Shown here: in pieces, positions 59,509 to 64,000 of the stretch | Numbering within the stretch: the stretch's first letter is position 1 | How the letters are laid out: the number at the start of each line of letters is the position of its first letter | Source of the DNA: a virus | Taxonomy: Duplodnaviria; Caudoviricetes | Reading direction: 5' to 3' (one strand) | IMG/VR virus record: IMGVR_UViG_3300026522_000022 | Span: 32,001 to 96,000 of that record | DNA length: 64,000 bases | The notes under the pieces: model-generated | What the model was told of the DNA's origin: nothing | Seen by the model: only the letters and a program-made list of their open reading frames with translations | Database searches by the model: none | Position numbers and translations under genes: made by a program

Positions 59509-62427
59509 AAATTTCCGCCCTTTCGCTGTTATCTCTAATGTAAATCTTGCGCTTTTCTGCATCTTTGCCCATCAATTGTTCAAAGAGCATATCAGCTTTG
59601 CCAAAATCTTCAATCGTAATTTGTTTAATAATTCTGGTTTCAGGATTTACTAGCGCCTCTTCGATTTCGTCAGAAGACATTTCTCCTACGTATGATTCCT
59701 TTATTTCTAAAGGTACTGACTATTTCTTCTATCGTATGATAGCTCACCGTTTCCACCTATGTACCAATAATAGGTGTACTCCCCAACAACGGGGATAGTC
59801 GATACAGGTTTTATTCTACGACGATATGTTTTCAATTATATCCATTCCAGATATTTTTAAAAGAACCTTTTGTAATACCCGTATATTTATAATCTTCATA
59901 TACATCTTTTTGTTTTTCGCCATTCTTTTTTCTTAAACGAATGGCTAATACATCTTCTTCAGTAAGTTTTGAACGACCGTTTTGTGAACCTTTTTGTCCA
60001 GTGTTATGTTTATGAAATTCTATATTTTCTGGAGTGTAAACATCCATCATAACACCTTTTCAAGTTTCTCCTTTTCAAATTTTAGAAAAACCTGAATGAC
60101 CAATTTTATCTTTATAAAGTTGCTCAACTTCTTTACAACGTTCTTTATTTTTATATCGTGTTCTTATATCTATAACATCTTGTTCAGTCATTTTATGCCG
60201 TGGATGATTTTCTCCATTGTTTCCCTCTCCGCCGCATCTAATATTATAACCATTATCATGAACTAAAGAATGATAATAATTAATTCAATATTGTTCTTTT
60301 TTATCTAAGTCATTCAAAGAACATTCTTCAATCACAGAAAATATAAAATTTTCTATTCCGTATTTCTTAAATGCTTTGTACAGAGGAGAATCGGCGTGTC
60401 GTTCTTGCTCATATGGAGATTTATGTTGCGTCCATCTTCTTTCAATAAAATTAGATTGACCAATATAAATTTTACCATTTATTTTATTTTCTATTTTATA
60501 AATACCAATCATATTATCTCCTTTCAATAATGATTAGAGATAATATCGTAGTAGAATAACTTCCCACGAGATTATCTTCTACTATATATAATTTTTAACA
60601 TTTCACGGTTATCCTGAAATACCCAAAATTATTTTATAGCGGTCAGACTCCCTCGTTAGCCGCAAATGCGACCCCGCTGGTAAACGGAAAAATGAGTAAG
60701 GGCCAGACTATCTCTTACCCTTTTAAACGACTAACTTGATATTTGCTAATATCATTCTCTTGCTTAAATTCGGCAAGAGCATCGTCATCTTTAATATAGA
60801 TAATCTCTTTATTATTTTTCAATCTGAAAAGTGGTGGAACGCCCGCATATACAAAACCATCTTGAATCAGTTCTGGGGCAAAATTCCATATAAACGTATA
60901 AAAAAGATTTTTAATATGAGCTCCGTCTACGTCAGCATCGCTCATAATAATAATTTTTCCATAACGCACATCAGCCTTATTGTAGACAAGACGCTTGCCA
61001 TCTGCACTAACTTTCAGTCCAAAAGCATTAATCATATCTACAATCTCTGCATTTTTCATAATCTTATCCAGAGTTGCCTTTTGAGTGTTAAGAATCTTAC
61101 CACGAACAGGAAGAACCGCTTGATATTCGTTATTACGAACTTGCTTTAGATTACCACCTGCAGAATCGCCCTCTGTGATATAAATCTCACATTTACTTCT
61201 GTCCTGACTATAACAATCAGCAAGTTTAGAAGGAAGATTTAAAGACTTCTTCTTTGGCTCAGTCTTTACTTTTGCCTTAACAGCAGCCCTTGCTTTCTTC
61301 GCAGCTTCTGCCGCACGTCTAGCTAGAAGAGCTTTCTCAATAATATTTCTTCCATCTGTTGGATTGTTGTCTAGCCAAACTTCAAGTTGTTGTCCAAGAG
61401 TAGAAGAAATAAATGAAGTATCAATCTTAGTTACGGTTGTTTTAACCTGGGCATTATAACCAACATTTTCAGCAGTGATATTGCAGACAAGAATCAAACC
61501 TTCTTGTAGAGAACTACCATCAAGATTCTTTTCTTTTTCTGTAAGAATACCCTGCTCTTTAGCCCACTTATTCATAATACGGGTGATGGTAGATTTAATA
61601 CTTGTGATGTGCGGACCTTGCGTAGTATTGCCGCAATTAACATAAGTAATAATATTGCTGCTGTTCCGAGAAGTGTAAGTTAAAGCCAAATCAAGTTTTT
61701 GTTTTTTCTCTTTCTCTTGGATAATAAGTGGTGTATTAATAATTTCAATATCAGTTCCAATATTCTTTTTTAGAAAATCGGAAATACCATTTTCATGTCG
61801 AATTTGTTCATTGTTAAATACAATTGTCAAATTAGGACAAAGGCATGTAATATCATCACAAAATTCTTTAAGCTTTTTAATATTAACATGCGGGTCATCA
61901 AAGAATTCTGCACTTGGCTTAAAGGTTACTGTTGTACCTGACCAGTTAAAACCGTCTCCAACTTCGCGCTTATCAAACACACCTTCTTTAAACCAAATAT
62001 GCTCATACTCACCAGTCTCTTTGTGAGAAATAACTTCCAACCAATTAGAAAGAAAGTTGGTAAGTTTGCTACCTTGGCCGTGTAGCCCCAACGCGCTACC
62101 TTCATACACTCCATCTGAAGAGAATTTACCAGATGTATTCATAACATCAAACGAAGCTTGGAGGATAGTTTCATTATCTTCACGAAGAACATTGATAGGA
62201 AATCCTTGTCCTTCATCTTCAATTTGAACAACACCATTATCAGCAATATTAATAATAATTTTATTTCCGTGTCCAATATTGTGCTCGTCAATAGCATTAG
62301 CTAGAATTTCTAGTGCCAACTGAGTAGGGTCTTGAGTATCTCCAATATACATACCAGGGCGTAAGCGAACATGCTCTCTAGGGGCCAAAGACTCAATACT
62401 ATCATCAGTATATAAAGTTTTATCCAT
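59501..62427 (-). CDS. gyrB: Type IIA topoisomerase (gyrase-like) subunit B; exons 62427-60717 and 59688-59501 (~632 aa)
   Basis: VRLRPGMYIG, EGDSAGG, PVRGKILN, DADVDG; splice restores RLKG|LGEM. Confidence 0.9.
59689..60716 (-). mobile_element. Group I intron in gyrB (1028 nt) with GIY-YIG endonuclease
   Basis: P1 GGGT/GCCC; terminal G; T|TA restores Leu of KGLGEM. Confidence 0.9.
59811..60512 (-). CDS. Intron-encoded GIY-YIG homing endonuclease (233 aa, 4 TGA)
   Basis: MIGIYKIENKINGKIYIGQS...RRWTQH...EQY(W)I...GYN; repeated KLTEEDV..IR modules. Confidence 0.88.
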
Positions 62428-63211
62428 CAAAGACCCCTTTCTTTTTTAAATAGTTAAAATTAATTAAAGCTAAGTCAGTATAAGGAATTCTTATTAAATT
62501 AATATTATTATCAACGCAATATTGATTTTTTATTTTATCTCTATATTGTACCGCTTTCAAAAAATCCTCCGTATAATATCCTCCGTTTGATTTAAAATGT
62601 TGTATACCATCATATTCTATACAACAATTATATTTAGGCAAATAAAAATCAAATCTTAATATACCAGACGTTTTTTTATTTTTACATCTTCCGTTATCTG
62701 TTCATTCTTCAATAAAATCTATATTATTCTGCTGTAAAATATTTCGTAATAATAATTGTCCTTTAGATTTTTCTGAACATTTTGGACAACAAATTCTTTT
62801 TCTGGTGCCATCTCCATATTTATCTCTATTTCATTCTCCAATTTGTAAATTAAATATATTCCCACAATCGCATCTAATTTGTCAGAGATTACCTCCATTA
62901 GAGCGACTTTCTATTTTTTTAACAGCAGTTAAAGAACCTTTTCGTTCGCCTGTTATATCTAAAGCATTTGCTTTATTTTTTGCAATAACTTTTTCTTTTT
63001 GCAAACATCCGCAACTTTTAGTGTTACCTGTTTTTAATTTGTGCATAGAAGTATAAATAATAGTATGATTATTACAAGAACATTGACATTTTCATAATCA
63101 CCGATTATCGCTATCCTTTTTACCAGTAAATTCAAGAACTGTTAATCTATTAAAAACTTGTCCTGTAATATCTTCTATATTTCTTCCTGATGGGGCTTTA
63201 ATATATTTCAT
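62420..63211 (-). CDS. Free-standing Vsr/DUF559-like (PD-(D/E)XK) homing-type endonuclease (263 aa); TGA=Trp
   Basis: Two DITG..F/K..LT....(W)..CxC modules, SKG, LRFDFYLP...IEYDGIQH...D..K..YC...I.LIRIPY. Confidence 0.75.
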
Positions 63212-63315
63212 TATTCCTCCATACCATTTAATCCGGTTTCTATGGTATTTTACTTTTATATAATAAAAATTATTTCTTTTTGCCCCAAATCAATTTATTT
63301 TTACTTTATATAAGT

Positions 63316-63344
63316 ATTATATCATTTTTAACTTATTCTGTCAA
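63316..63344 (-). promoter_or_regulatory. Sigma70/SigA-type promoter
   Basis: TTGACA-17-TATAAT with TG. Confidence 0.8.
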
Positions 63345-63351
63345 TATAAAC

Positions 63352-63406
63352 AAAAAATCTTACCGTGAGGTAAGATTTTTATAAATATTGCCGATAGGCA
63401 ATATTT
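63352..63406 (-). terminator. Two adjacent hairpins, terminator
   Basis: aaaatcttacc-gtga-ggtaagatttt and aaatattgcc-gata-ggcaatattt. Confidence 0.65.
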
Positions 63407-63408
63407 TA

Positions 63409-63876
63409 TTATTCTTTTATATCATTTCGCAATTTTCTGCGCTGGTTGATAATATGTTCGCAATAACCACTATAGCTATCTCGAAGAGTTTCATACTGCT
63501 TTTTCGCTCTATAATAATTTGTCCAAGCGAGCATTTCTTGACGATATAGCTTATCCATAATAGGATTGTTTGCTAAATCAGGATTACCAATTACAACCAC
63601 TTTTAATGCATGGGTAACTCCTTTGGCTCGTTCTTTCATTACCTTAGCTTTTGCTTTATAGGCTTGAATATCGCATTTCATCTCTGCAAAACGGAAGCCA
63701 TCCCATTGATTTGCAATATCTTCATCCTCTAAAGCTGCGGTTGCTTCTTCAAAAAATACTCCGTATTTTGTTTCCTTATAAACATAAGCTGTAGCTAAAG
63801 AATGTACAGTTTTACCGTCAGCAGAAATAACATCTTCTGGTTCATTATACCAAGCACCGAGGATTTTTCCCTTCAT
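63409..63876 (-). CDS. Hypothetical protein (155 aa)
   Basis: Track ORF, AAGGA RBS, TAA stop. Confidence 0.65.
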   Translation of the reverse strand: MKGKILGAWYNEPEDVISADGKTVHSLATAYVYKETKYGVFFEEATAALEDEDIANQWDGFRFAEMKCDIQAYKAKAKVMKERAKGVTHALKVVVIGNPDLANNPIMDKLYRQEMLAWTNYYRAKKQYETLRDSYSGYCEHIINQRRKLRNDIKE

Positions 63877-64000
63877 GGTTAATTACATTCCTTTCCATCT
63901 ACAAAAACATTATAAGTTTTAGAACCTTTAGTTAGAAGAAAAGGCTCTGTTTCATCGAAGAAATTACCATATTTTTTTTGTTTATTAATTGCTTTCTGTA

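Noticed and set aside
435-63056. Opposite-strand and alternate-frame track ORFs (e.g. 1105-1542, 9274-9807, 51795-52337, 53270-53713)
   Set aside because: Shadows of well-supported genes, lacking RBS or recognisable motifs.
2-63211. TGA as Gly (code 25) or selenocysteine
   Set aside because: TGA sits at Trp-typical motif positions, not Gly or Cys positions.
1-64000. tRNA genes, including a UGA suppressor
   Set aside because: No cloverleaf or T-loop signature recognised in the intergenic gaps by eye; tRNAscan-SE or ARAGORN would be needed to exclude one.

Overview
AT-rich segment of a large tailed bacteriophage genome that reads TGA as tryptophan (genetic code 4 behaviour). The fragmented ORF track is an artefact of code 11: with TGA=Trp the fragments join into long, tightly packed genes that end in TAA/TAG. 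The + strand (1-31182) is a virion and lysis block: end of a tape-measure-like gene, giant tail/baseplate genes, several tail-fibre/adhesin genes, a GT2-TPR glycosyltransferase, holins and an NlpC/P60-RICIN endolysin. A bidirectional terminator at about 31.2 kb separates it from a - strand replication and nucleotide-metabolism block: ruvC-like, dut, nrdG, nrdD, gmk-like, dnaE, Dam-like MTase, recJ, primase, DnaB, AAA_24, SSB, thyX-like, ligase, gyrA and gyrB. Six group I introns can be spliced by eye (nrdD x3, dnaE, recJ, gyrB), four carrying homing endonucleases. The most striking feature is an apparent layer of translational recoding on top of UGA reassignment. (i) The core replisome genes use only TGG for Trp, while virion, lysis and nucleotide genes use TGA. 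(ii) The one TGA in dnaE sits in an exact prfB/RF2-type CUU-UGA-C +1 frameshift site, and the shift is needed to make full-length polymerase. (iii) nrdG carries a UCU-UAA-CAG-UCU insert inside its CxxxCxxC motif that looks like a matched-codon stop-hop (ribosomal bypass). (iv) nrdD is split into two coupled polypeptides. No tRNA, rRNA or CRISPR array was seen. All calls are by eye; no database searches were run.
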